A stretch of DNA of 58,040 nt, filler included, from Sphacelaria rigidula (taxonomy: Eukaryota), in the NCBI GenBank assembly GCA_964200075.2. It is 8 parts of 8 records of this genome, joined end to end, with 100 filler letters (N's around TTAATTAATTAA, not from the genome) between each part and the next. Parts side by side here need not be neighbours in the genome. Positions count along the whole stretch, not along the records: positions 43,607 to 50,773 come from CAXNAA020016165.1; positions 50,874 to 58,040 come from CAXNAA020016166.1; 6 more parts are not named here. The stretch is one strand, 5' to 3'. The notes under the pieces are model-generated. The model was not told where the DNA came from and made no database searches. It was given only the letters and a program-made list of their open reading frames with translations. Below are positions 47,038 through 58,040 of this stretch, piece by piece. Every line of letters starts with the position of its first letter. Position 1 is the first letter of the stretch. Both the position numbers and the translations under genes were made by a program.

Positions 47038-50000
47038 TCCGATGTACCGAAAACCTATTACTTCAACTTCAATATTCAAGTTCGTACGCAAGATACCCAA
47101 AGCCGGGTTGAGGAAATACCGAGGGATTCCTAGAGTTGCCTACCCATGATGAGTGTTGATTCAAGGTAAAACTGCCTTGTCGAACCGTCGCCAGTAGAGT
47201 CGCTCATTCTGATCACACCTACTCGATTACTTCATTACTCGATGATGATGAGTAAGAACAATTATTCGGCGGGATGCAAATTTCTCGAACCCCGTTGTAG
47301 GCCACATCTTCAATCTGTATACCGGTGGGAGCACGGCAAAATGCAAATGGCACAAAAATATATTTTGTAACCCCTTCAACGACAAAGGCGATCTTGTATT
47401 TGGAATATCGTAACCGATCTTATATTTCCGGACAAAGGGAGTATATGGTAGTGGCCCTTGGAACTGTTCCTCCTGTGATTTCTACGTGGTTGGCGGCCTT
47501 CTGAGAATGCATCGTTTGCCACGGCTCGTGACGTTTAGGATCTGAAGATAGCGGTATCCGCTGTCCATTCCAATAACAAAACTTCCATGTGTACTGAATG
47601 CTCGGTGACTTGCGGCGTGGCCAAGGACGGGGGGGCTTGCCGCCTTTCAGCCGAGATTTTGACCGTGCGGTATTTTCGGTTGATCGAGCCTGTGCCTGTC
47701 CTGATCGAATTTGTGAAGCTACGTGTGAGGCAATGAAGGGGTGTGTATTTTCAATTTGTACGAACCTTTCGCACCACAGCCGAACAGCTGTGTTTAATGG
47801 TGAGTAACCCCGTCCGAATCAACGGGGTTTCTATTTGTGTCGCCCGATTACACCATACAACACCAACACCATTTTTTTCGTAAGATTGGGCGCAGAGCGT
47901 TCATTGAGAGTGGGTTCGATCATTCGCTTTAACTTCACCAAATTCTCAATCCGTGCGTGAGTTTCTTCGCCCGTAACGCTGGCGTGTGCTTACAGCCACA
48001 CGTCGATATCGTAATCAAGGATATCAACGGCCTCAGTGGGCGGAAACTGCACGTAGCATATCGGGGGTATAGAGGGACATTTCGTAACTGAGACTGTCCA
48101 TTCAGTACTTTACGGCTTTCTATTCTCAATCGTATCCTCCACTGCTCATGTCACGGAAACGCTCTTTATTTCGTGCGCTTAGTTTCAACAACGGTCTGTT
48201 TCATGTATCAACATCTACCGGCGCTAGCACTTTGGAGTTGTATCCAAGAGTAGCAGGATAGAAACGCCCCAAAACAGCCCTCAACACTTCACGCACCCAC
48301 TACTTCGTAATTATCTACATTTTACGTGAGACACACTGATGTTCGACGGAATACAGGAGCTACTACCGTACACCCCCGTTCCAACACAATCTCGAATGCA
48401 GCGGCAGACCATGAAAGGTATGTTGTGCATGATGACACGGGGGGCGCCTCTCACCGGACTGGCAGCGCCATTTACTTCATCTTCGAGTGACCACTGCCCT
48501 CTCCGGCGACGTTCCTCGCAGGGCGTGTTCATGGTGACAGACCTGGAGGTAAATTGCGAACGCCAGCGGGTGAGGACTGGTGCCATGAACCTTCCAACAG
48601 CCGGGGCTGTCTACCCATGCGTTCACCACGGCAGTGGCCAACAGACAGGAGTACCCTATAACGGAACCCAGCCATATAGTACAGTACAGGAAAGTTATAT
48701 GATGGACAGCAAAATACATTGCAGTACAGGATAGAAGTGCACATGGTGATACCGAACACTACATGAAAGTGGACCCTGCACAGCACTTCCCAGTACACTG
48801 CAGGCAAGTAGAAAGTAGTCAAGTGCCTTACAGCATAACAGAGGGCGGTACCGTAGCGGGCGGTTCGCGATCGCTTTCAGTAAGTAACACCGGAGTGGAG
48901 TACAGTCGCGTACTGCACCCAACGCTGTCGGGCAGCACGCGACGGCGTGTTCTCCGGTATCACCGCACACTACCCCGCATGTGATCGGGGACCACCCTAA
49001 TCAGTACGGGGCAGCACATTACGATGCAGTGGAGTGCAGGAGACGACGGCACGCGGCTCCACAAGACTGCGTGTTGTGTACTATGCTTTCGCCAGACAGT
49101 GCACCGCACCGGGACGTGCTGTTCGTTTTACAGTACATGACGGTACAGTATATGACACTCGAGTATAGACACAACAGCCCAGCCCAGCACGCAACAGTGA
49201 CCGGTGTGTCGACATCCTGTCAAATACCCCATTTGATCGCACAAAACGCGTGTGGGGTTTGCGGTACAATACTGTAACATTTGAGGACAGTCCACATCAT
49301 GACAACGGGGCGGTGACATGGATCATCAGCATTTATACTGAAATTTATATGCAGTTTGCTGTCCTCGCCTACCACTAGACATGCTTGCAGTCAATCGCCT
49401 CTTGTGGGCTGCATCCTCCACGAATCGATACAGTTTTTTTGAAGATGGATTCTATGCGTCATGGACTACCCCCATGCGCACCGTTTAGCCTTCGAACCCC
49501 TGGCGTGGCCGTCACCACTCTGCGGATCACCACACGACATTCCGGCCACGAGAAACCCATACAAACCAACACCGTGCAGACTGACCGACTCCCTAACTAA
49601 TCACCTTCTCACCGGAAAACTGGCAGCGACACTCCGCCTTGAACAAAGCTTCCCACCAGTGCCGCCTCTTGGACATGTGCTCCTTCGTGTAGAGCTACCC
49701 ACCCGTGCGAGCTGCGGGTGCTTTGCAGCTGGTGCTAGCTCATTTCGTGTACAATGATTCTTGTATGCGGGCGGTTCGTACTACTTTGTTTTTTTTCTAT
49801 CGGTTCAACACTGGCAGTACGCCTCAAGATACTGGTTGTACTCAATTATTTCACCATGGTGATCAGCACTGCGACTCGAAATCTCGAGATATCAGTTGAA
49901 ACCAAGGAAACTACGAGCAGGACCAGCGTAAAAACGAATTTAATCCCTCACAGCCATATCTCATCGACAAAAACGAGTTGGACCGTGATCCGCACATCTT

Positions 50001-50773
50001 ATTAATATTCCAATCACGGAGCAGATGCTCATCTTCTCTAAAACCTGGTCAAAAGCCATGTCGTTGATTAAACGCCATCTTGATCAAATCCCACGACTTA
50101 CGGAGACATCTCCATACCAATGTCCGTACAAAACCCTGCACGGTACGACGTATGCATAAGGAATAATGACTTCAGGTGTGAACATTTCCTGGAGCACGGG
50201 AAACAATCGGTACCATCATCTGCACCTGATTCGCCACCTATCTAGAGATTTCGTGCACATAGCATACTAAACTCGATATCTTACGAGCAGAGCCACTAAC
50301 ATCAGCAAAAAATATGGATTTTGCTTCTTAGTTTCGAACGTTTTGCTTCGACATAAGGTATTGGCCATGCCTGCAGGTATGAACACGTGAAAATACCTGC
50401 AGACATCGCATGATTTTTTGTAATTTGCAGGCACCGTATTTTGGGTCCAGCCATAGTTTTGTCCTGAGGCCGTTCTCGAAACCGCGAAGCCAAGGGATTT
50501 CGATAAGTGGGCCAGACTCCTCTCGGTGGGGCGACGCAAAGTATCCAAGACGTGCGACGGCAATATTTCCTTCCTGTTTGTGGACCAAGAACCGTGTCAA
50601 ATGCCCCAAACGTGGAACCCCCCTCCCCTCTTCCCTTTCTTGCTCCGTCTCGAAAGGGATGCGTGGTCAATGGTCACACGACTAAGGCAAGCAACAAATG
50701 AGTACGCCCCCCTCCCCCCCCCCCCTCCCCCCCCCACCCTCACCCTCCCTCCCGCGCCCACCACACCCCCCCC

Positions 50774-50873
50774 NNNNNNNNNNNNNNNNNNNNNNNNNNN
50801 NNNNNNNNNNNNNNNNNTTAATTAATTAANNNNNNNNNNNNNNNNNNNNNNNNNNNNNNNNNNNNNNNNNNNN
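50774..50873. other. Artificial contig linker
   Basis: N44-TTAATTAATTAA-N44. Confidence 0.98.
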
Positions 50874-52075
50874 GAAGATCTAGCCAGTCTGATCGACGAG
50901 CTGAAAGCCCCAACACCGAGCGCAGCATTTGCCGCTCTCGCGGATGCCACGGGTTTGTGCAGTTGCGTCACAGGTGGAGGCAAGTTGGGGACTCGAAAGA
51001 GACATCGCAGCCATGCCGCTTGTCGGACCGGTTTGCGACGGTGGACGGGAACCAATCGTTGAGCACGGGCATCCGCGACAGCGACGAATGCTGCGCTCGG
51101 TGTTGGAGCTTTCAGCTCGTCGATCAGACTGGCTAGATCTTCTAGCGCGAGCTTGAACGGCTCACCAGGGGTGTCGATGGAGCCGAATGCGGCGTAGCAC
51201 AATCCAACACCCCGATAAAAACGCTGCGCGAACGTGAGGTAACAAAACCCCGATGTGCTTCTATTCATTTTCTCCGCCGGACGCCGGACGATTTTCGCCA
51301 CGTCCGGCCATGTTGGGGAAGCGAGCGACGTGTCAGTTGAGATGCAGGGCGTCCATGAACGACGTGTGTCAGGTTAGGCGAATCGCCGTGTCAGCCGAAG
51401 ACGTCCTCCCTCGTATAGTTCTGTCTTCTCAAAACAAGACAGGAGAGCAAACGTACAGTACTATACGGGAACTCAGATGCACAGGGTGCAGCAGCCCCTA
51501 CGGCACGAAGCATGGAAGGGAATGAAGATCTTCTTCCCTGCTTCGTGCCGCAGGGGCTGTTGCATCCTGTGCATCTGAGTTCCCGTAAAGTACTGTACGT
51601 TCACTCTCGTGTCTTGTTCAAAACAGACAGAACTACACGAGGGAGAATGTCGTCGGCTGACACGGCGATTCGTCTAACCTGACACACGTTCACCGCCCCC
51701 CTGCATCTCAACTGACACGTTGCTCGCTTCCCCAACATGGCAGGCGTCTGGCGGAGGAAATGAATAGAAGCACATCGGGTTTTTGTTACCTGACGTTCGC
51801 GCAGCGTTTTCATCGGGGTGTTGGATTGTGCTACGCCGCATTCGGCTCTATCGACACCCCTGGTGAGCCGTTCAAGCTCGCGCTAGAAGATCTAGCCAGT
51901 CTGATCGACGAGCTGAAAGCCCCAACACCGAGCGCAGCATTCGTCGCTCTCGCGGATGCCACGGGTTTGTGCAGTTGCGTCACAGGTGGAGGCAAGTTGG
52001 GGACTCGAAGTAGACATCGCAGCCATGCCGCTTGTCGGACCGGTTTGCGACGGTTGACGGGAACCAATCGTTGAG
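50874..52075. repeat. Near spacer-less ~900-bp palindrome within a tandem unit of ~1012 bp
   Basis: ~51067-51528 is the reverse complement of 51529-~51963, centred on GAAGATCTTC. 50874-51063 is a direct copy of 51886-52075. Confidence 0.95.
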
Positions 52076-52549
52076 TTTGGTATGCGGTCTTTGGTTTTTT
52101 CGTTTTGTGTTCTTTCGTTATGTGTGTTTTGGTTTTTTTTGCTTTGAACCCTGATTTTGTGTTTCGGTTGCCCTTGCGTCCATTGTTTTGATTTGTTCTC
52201 GGCTTTGTTTTTTGGTTTTTCTTCTTCTCTTTTCTTCTCTTTTTGCGGCGTGCTCTGTTTTCGATATTTTATGCCTTCGATTTTATGTGCTCCATGGGTA
52301 ATTTCCTTGTTTCATCCTGGGTTCATCCGGCAAAGTACAAGTGACGACCGGTCCATCCCCGACCCCGAGTCTGGAACCTTGAACCTCCGTCCTCCGCGCC
52401 GTACATTCGCAACCATTCCGTCTACTGGAACAGTTGCCACGAGTTATTTATTTCTTCATTTTTTCCATTGTACGCAGATCTTGTCTTGCTTTGTTATTAC
52501 ATGGTCTTTATTTTGATTCGTTTGTTTTGATGGAAGAGTTTCCGGAGCA

Positions 52550-52838
52550 AGCGCTAGCCATACCTGACGCCCATGTCTGGAATATTTGCGCTCTTGTTCA
52601 ATCGCTCCGCACGCGAATGCCGCCTCCCCCTTCAGGATCGGTAATGACGTGCTTTTTTTGTGTCATCTGTTGTCGGTATGTATTTTTATTTTAATCTTTT
52701 CGGTTGAGAGTTTTAGGAGCGAGCGCTATATATACCTGACCTCCCCGTCTGAAATATTTGCGCTCTTGCCCAACCGCTCCGTACACGCATACCGCTTCCC
52801 CCTGCAAGATCGGCAATGATGTGTCCCCTTTTGGTGTC
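52550..52838 (+). repeat. Two diverged ~115-bp direct repeats (~171-bp period) in a T-rich tract
   Basis: GCGCTA..ATACCTGAC..GTCTG.AATATTTGCGCTCTTG..CGCTCCG..GATCGG.AATGA at ~52551 and ~52723. Confidence 0.8.
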
Positions 52839-55685
52839 CGTACCACGTTGAGTTTGATATTGACATGGGTTTGCCTGAAATGTTATGATCTTCTTGGCTA
52901 AAACTTTTGACCCTGCTTGCTTTATACACAGGATAACTGCTCCCGTTTACAAGGGCGGTTGCCACGTGTTGGGTTTCTGCCTTATGCTGCAGATTTTTGT
53001 TTTCGCTCTTGCCCAGCGTACCCCTGGTTTTGTATTTATTTTGGTTTTGGTTCCTGCGTCTATGTCGGGAATTTTGCCACGAGTGTTCCAACGTTCCTGA
53101 CCCTCGAGTCTAGAACACTTGGCCTACCTTTTGTTTTGCGAGTCCTGCCGCATGTGATCGGCCTCGTTTATAGGAGGGTCACGGGTAATGCGACGCGATG
53201 ATTTATCCTTTGTGATTGATAAGTTACAACGACGCCACCACTGGCCGCGTCGTACATACCGGTGTCGAAGAATTGTTATTCAAGTCGCGGTACGATCGGC
53301 TGCAAATGTCTCCTCATAAAGTACCATCACGTATCATGATGAGGTAGATCGCTCTTTCGGAACTGTCCGTTCCGCCATGTCGATACTCGACCGTTGGTAC
53401 AGCCTACAGGCTCAGAGTCCGCCACTCGCTATTTTTTCTGTCACTTTCACCAGTTTTTGCGTACAATTACCCGCCCCTGAAATTGGTCGGTGGTGTTTTG
53501 TTTTTACCAGGGATCATTGGACGAAGTAACGTGACGGTACGACCGGCTGTGGGTTTTAACGCCAGTTTGTGTTCGGGTCAGTCTCGTTTTAGTCCGAACG
53601 GGCAAATACTATGAGGAGTGGGCTGCGTTGGTCCTCTCAGTCCTGTGTATTTGTCGTGGTTCAGAAATGTGTTGGGTGATCCGCCTCGGAACTACGCAGT
53701 AGGCCCGAAGGTTGTGTATTGTCCACCACGTTTCTTTTGACGTGTACGGACACCTGACCACACAAACCGGTCAGTTGTTCTCGTATGCGAGTACTGCCTA
53801 GCTGAAGTGATTTGTTTGTTAAGATATATCATACTTGCAATAGATTATAATCGGTGTGCTTCACTGGACATTTTAGGATTTGTTGAAAATAATTTTGCAT
53901 AAAAGTAGCTGGCGCGGGTCACAAATGCTAGCACATTCAGACTTCAATTTTGCATAGTGATCTCGGTCCGACATATATTCAGTCAGTTGTACTGCCCTGT
54001 GATTCCTTTGATATTCCAATGCACGCATTGTTATATTTTTATTTGGTTTATTGAATTGAGTTTTGAAATAGATCGCTCTGCTTCGCATCACACACCCAAT
54101 TTTCCTATCCGTTCTCACATTGGAATGGAATGAGAAAGGGACAGAAGAGACAGACGCCCTCAATGAAGAATAGCAAGAGCAGCATACAAGCAGAAGAAGG
54201 GACGGAAAGAAAGTAGGGGCCACAGATTGACGATGATAATTCTTTCGCGCATCGCACCACGCAAATTCCAGACATTATCGTTCTAGTCCGAGTGACGCCC
54301 TTCCACGTGCGCAAGGGTGCGCAGGAAGGCGGAGCTGAGACCGGAGTCGTCGCTCGGCAAGTTCCCATTAGGTTTTCTCAATCTATCCCTGGCCACTACT
54401 TGTAGATCCGTCTTGACGTACACGTACAACACGCGTGTCCCGGAATGTCAGTGGGCATCGAACGCGGCAAACGCGCTAGTGCCACCCCCAGTGGTGCAAT
54501 CGTACTTGAGCCATTTCCACTGCAAACGGAACTGCGTGACGTAGTGGGCGCCCACCCAGATGAGTTACACAACCGAGATCAAGGAGTGCTCTACGCCTAA
54601 AGAGAGAGTCTCGGACGCGTCGGGAGGACGCCAACGACTGCGTGGACGGCAGCAGCACTCGACGAAATAAATAGGTGGTCGGGGGCGTTGATAGCCGAGA
54701 AAGGCAGGGAATTCCAAAAACACATGTCCGATGGGATGATTCCGCATGAAGGACAAACTCCCGCCCCGGGATAAGAAAAGTCAAGACAAGTACTTCCCAA
54801 CAATAAATCAATCACGGTGGCCTGCAGAGTTCTACTATTTCCGTGAGGAACCATGGAGGTAGCTGGGTCACCCAAAGCCGCAGATTGCTCGGGTGTTATC
54901 GTCCGCAGGCTGTGGTTGGCTACGGAGCAAGTAACGTGGCGCCTTCACGAGATCCCTACAGATTCTCGCGTAAGCAAAACCAGTTGGAGGTTGCTGGCGC
55001 GTGTCCGGCCAGTTCGCTGGCACGTGAGGCTTGCATCCTTGGCAAATGGCTTCGAACACGCTCGCCGTGTCGCCTATTTGATCACCGCTTCCGGGTAAAC
55101 CGCCGTTTGACACGACGAAGTCACGCGCTTCCGCCAGCTTCACCTGGTGAAGGTTAGTTGGCATTTAGGAGATTTAGACGACGAAAGAGAGCTACGTAGC
55201 CGAATCAATTCCAGGGTGGTTGGGTTCAGGAAGTGCCATTTAGTGAAAAATCTACCCGGCCAGTCAGAAACAAAGGGTTCGTCCGGTAGGTCAGAATAGA
55301 GCCGCAAAATTGTATAAGGCCATCTGCAGAAGGCCTTCGATGCATCTTTCCTAGCTCTGCTGCCTCTTTAGGACCAAGCACCTTTGATCCATCGACTCTT
55401 TCGGGCTCTGAGGGCGTGTCTTAGCACTTTTGTTTTCGATCGAAAAATTGCGGTCGAACTTGTTTTTGCCGATCTCATAGGCCCACCGCATTCACCTTTT
55501 TTGAAGGCTGCAATTCGAAATTATACACCAGAGGCGCGCGGAGAAGAATACAACGAGGTATAAAACAATAATTTGAGATTGAAAACATGCGGTCGAAAGG
55601 CACGAAGCGGCACTTGACTCCTAGCTTACAAATATGCTTCTACTTGTGATGCTAGGAAGGTCATTATTTATGCTAGTGATAGATA

Positions 55686-55880
55686 GTTTCGGAAAACGCT
55701 TCTTTTTTTCATTTCAGAGTGCAAATATCTCAGGTGCAGAGTACAGATGAATAAAAAACCACTTATCGAAAAGAAATCAAGGGGATACCACATTTGAAGG
55801 AGGGGGAACTAATTTTTCATTACACTCTGATCCTGAGATAATTGCACTCTGAAATGACAAAAAAGGATTTTCCGAAAATC
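55686..55880. repeat. ~60-bp inverted repeat with ~80-bp loop, followed by ATGCTCG motif repeats to ~56001
   Basis: TTTCGGAAAA..TCATTTCAGAGTGCAAATATCTCAGG / CCTGAGATAATTGCACTCTGAAATGA..TTTTCCGAAA. Confidence 0.75.
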
Positions 55881-56071
55881 TCTAACACCCCCAAAAATAA
55901 TGCTCGTAAAGTGGAATTTATGCTCGATTTATGCTCGCATGTTCAAACAAATTATGCTCGATTCATGCTCGCAACGTGGAATTGATGCTCGATTATGCTC
56001 GTAATATCCAACAAGGGTGGCATTCTCGACCGGATACAGACCCACCGATCACTATATGCATTTTATATATA

Positions 56072-56881
56072 CAGAGGGGGCTCTCAGTGATGCTGGTATG
56101 TGCCCACCACGGACACCGGCACTACTCAGAGAGCCCGACACTACTCTGGAAAGTGCCAAAACAGGTGCAATAGAGAGCTCTGAATACCTCAGTAGTGCCG
56201 GTTCTGGCACTGCTGACGACCGTCCGTTCGTACAGTGCTACCCCTGCCCTTCGTGGGACCAACGGAAGCACGAAACGAACGAGGACCTTTGTTTCAAGGG
56301 GTTTCGATAGGATACGTCACGTAAGCTTTCGGGGTAGCAGAACTAAACCCGATTTTTTTCGTTTTTCGCACTCAACTTGATTGATCCTGTTCACAGGTTG
56401 ATCATTTCCTTTCCTACTAGCACAACAGCAGCAGTACGGCCACAAAAGTTGCTCATGGCGAGAGACCTTCCCGACAAGAAAGACAAGGACGCATCTGCAC
56501 CCAACGCAACTAAGAAGGTGCGGCATCTGGTGTGGAAAAAAACTCACGAAAAAGTACGCCGCCAACCAAAAGGAGTGAGCGAAAAAGAATGATCCACACC
56601 CCTTTTCACTTCCGACCGGCTACCGAGACAAGTAGAGAGAGAAATAAACGACCTCGAAAAAAAACACCGATGCAGCAAACTAGACACGACTTCTCCCGTG
56701 GCTGTGCTCGGGCGTAGATGCTACGGGCTACCCGACAACGGTGATAACCGGCACTGTCGAGGGTACAAAACCTGTCAAACCGGCACTACTGAGGGTCATC
56801 TGTCAGTAGTGCCGCCCGGCACTACTGCGAGCTCTGGCTGTGCCCGGAGATTTTACCGGCATTATACAGGTGCCTCCCCCG
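56072..56881. mobile_element. Decayed Tc1/pogo-like MITE
   Basis: TA-CAGAGGGGGC start; GGCACTACT/AGTAGTGCCG subterminal motifs at both ends, as in the 11568 element; right TIR very degenerate. Confidence 0.35.
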
Positions 56882-57750
56882 CGTGCATTTTTGTTTTTGC
56901 TCTTGTGCTGCTGAGTGTTGATCGCGTGCACCTTGCGGTTCATTCGAGCTATCGTTTGTTGAACTTGACGTCAACACGCCGGAGATACGGCATGCCGTAT
57001 CGAAACCTTCATCCATGATCGGAGGTAAATCAACAGGGAAATTTCAGAGCAATTTCACGAAATTGGCCTTACCTTCCCGCGTGCATTCGTTGTTGCTTTC
57101 GTGTTGCCTCGTGTTGATCGCGTGGATCTTGCGGTTCATCCGAGCTATCGTTTGTTGAATTTGGCGTCGACACGCCGGAGATATGGAATGCCATATCTCA
57201 ACCCCTGATCCATACGGAGGTAATCCAACAGGAACATTTCAGAAACATTTCATGAAATGGGCCTTGACGTTTTGTGCGCATGTTATTTTTCTTTTCTGTC
57301 ACTGGCCGTTGTTCGCCTGGACCCTGCGGTTCATCCGAGCTATCGTTTGTTGAAATTGACGCCAACACGCTGGAGATATGGCATGCCATATCTCAGCCCC
57401 TGATCCATGATCGGAGGTAAACCAACAGGAAAATTTCAGAGCAATTTCACGAAATTGGCCTTACCTTCCCGCGTCCATTTGCTGTTGCTTTTGTGTTGCT
57501 GCGTGTTGATCGCGTGGACCTTGCGGTTCATCCGAGCTGTCGTTTGTTGAAATTGACGTCGACACGCCGGAGATATGGCATGCCATATCTCAACCCCTCA
57601 TCCACACGGAGGTAAACCAACAGGAACATTTCAGACACATTTCACGGAATGGGCCTTAACGTTTTGTGCGCATGTCATTATTTCACTTTCTTTGCTGGCC
57701 ATTGTTCGCCTGGACCTTGCGGTTCATCCGAGCTATCGTTCGTTGAAATC
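56878..57750 (+). repeat. ~196-bp satellite, ~4.5 units, with alternating A/B monomers
   Basis: GCGGTTCAT(C/T)CGAGCT anchors at 56935, 57131, 57326, 57523 and 57719 (spacing 195-197). Confidence 0.95.
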
Positions 57751-58040
57751 GATCCAAAAATGCTCGAGTTACGTCTTTTCATGTATCCATCCCTACTAGT
57801 AATCTTTCCCCGTAATACAATGGTTGCTGCGGGATGGACAACATGATATTACAGACTGGCTGGGTGTTCAAGTGTAACCCTGTCATCATGAGAGTGTGCA
57901 GTACGTAATGACAATCGTTCACACCTGCCGCAGCCCATTCGCAGGAATACAGTCAGTGTGTCCGCTCAGATAACGGCATTCGGATGCTCTGAGTACTATT
58001 ATATACATGACCGTATACCCGCAAGTAGGGAGACTTGTGA

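Noticed and set aside
50888..50910. CTGATCGA..GAAA as a hammerhead ribozyme core (Penelope-like inverted LTR idea)
   Set aside because: Does not fit CUGANGA spacing; no stem II or GUH cleavage site in register; no RT or GIY-YIG remnant seen.
53100..55500. Possible decayed Gypsy pol/chromodomain region
   Set aside because: No intact diagnostic motif found in any frame.

Overview
This window is not contiguous DNA. It is eight unrelated contigs sorted by size (7168, 7168, 7168, 7168, 7167, 7167, 7167, 7167 bp), joined by artificial 100-bp N44-TTAATTAATTAA-N44 linkers, so nothing can be linked across linkers. The sequence is eukaryotic, repeat-rich and intron-rich, probably from a brown alga or other stramenopile (inference from TTAGGG repeats, exon/intron style and TE content). 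Best-supported contents: (1) a decayed Ty1/copia LTR retrotransposon (gag-PR-INT-RT-RNaseH, 21805-26613) carrying two clean nested MITE insertions; (2) several non-autonomous DNA transposon families, namely Stowaway/mariner-like, piggyBac-like ~100-bp micro-MITEs, a TGT..ACA MITE carrying telomeric repeats, an ACT..AGT MITE with a 6-bp TSD, and two pogo/Tigger-like deletion derivatives; (3) two long fold-back structures and several satellites; (4) host-gene fragments, namely a ferric-reductase-like TM exon, a three-exon unknown (pseudo)gene, and a long Pro/Ser-rich exon with 4 x 49-aa repeats. I found no prokaryotic-type system (CRISPR, operon). The most intriguing signals are telomeric repeats inside two unrelated DNA-transposon families and a tandem palindrome concatemer.
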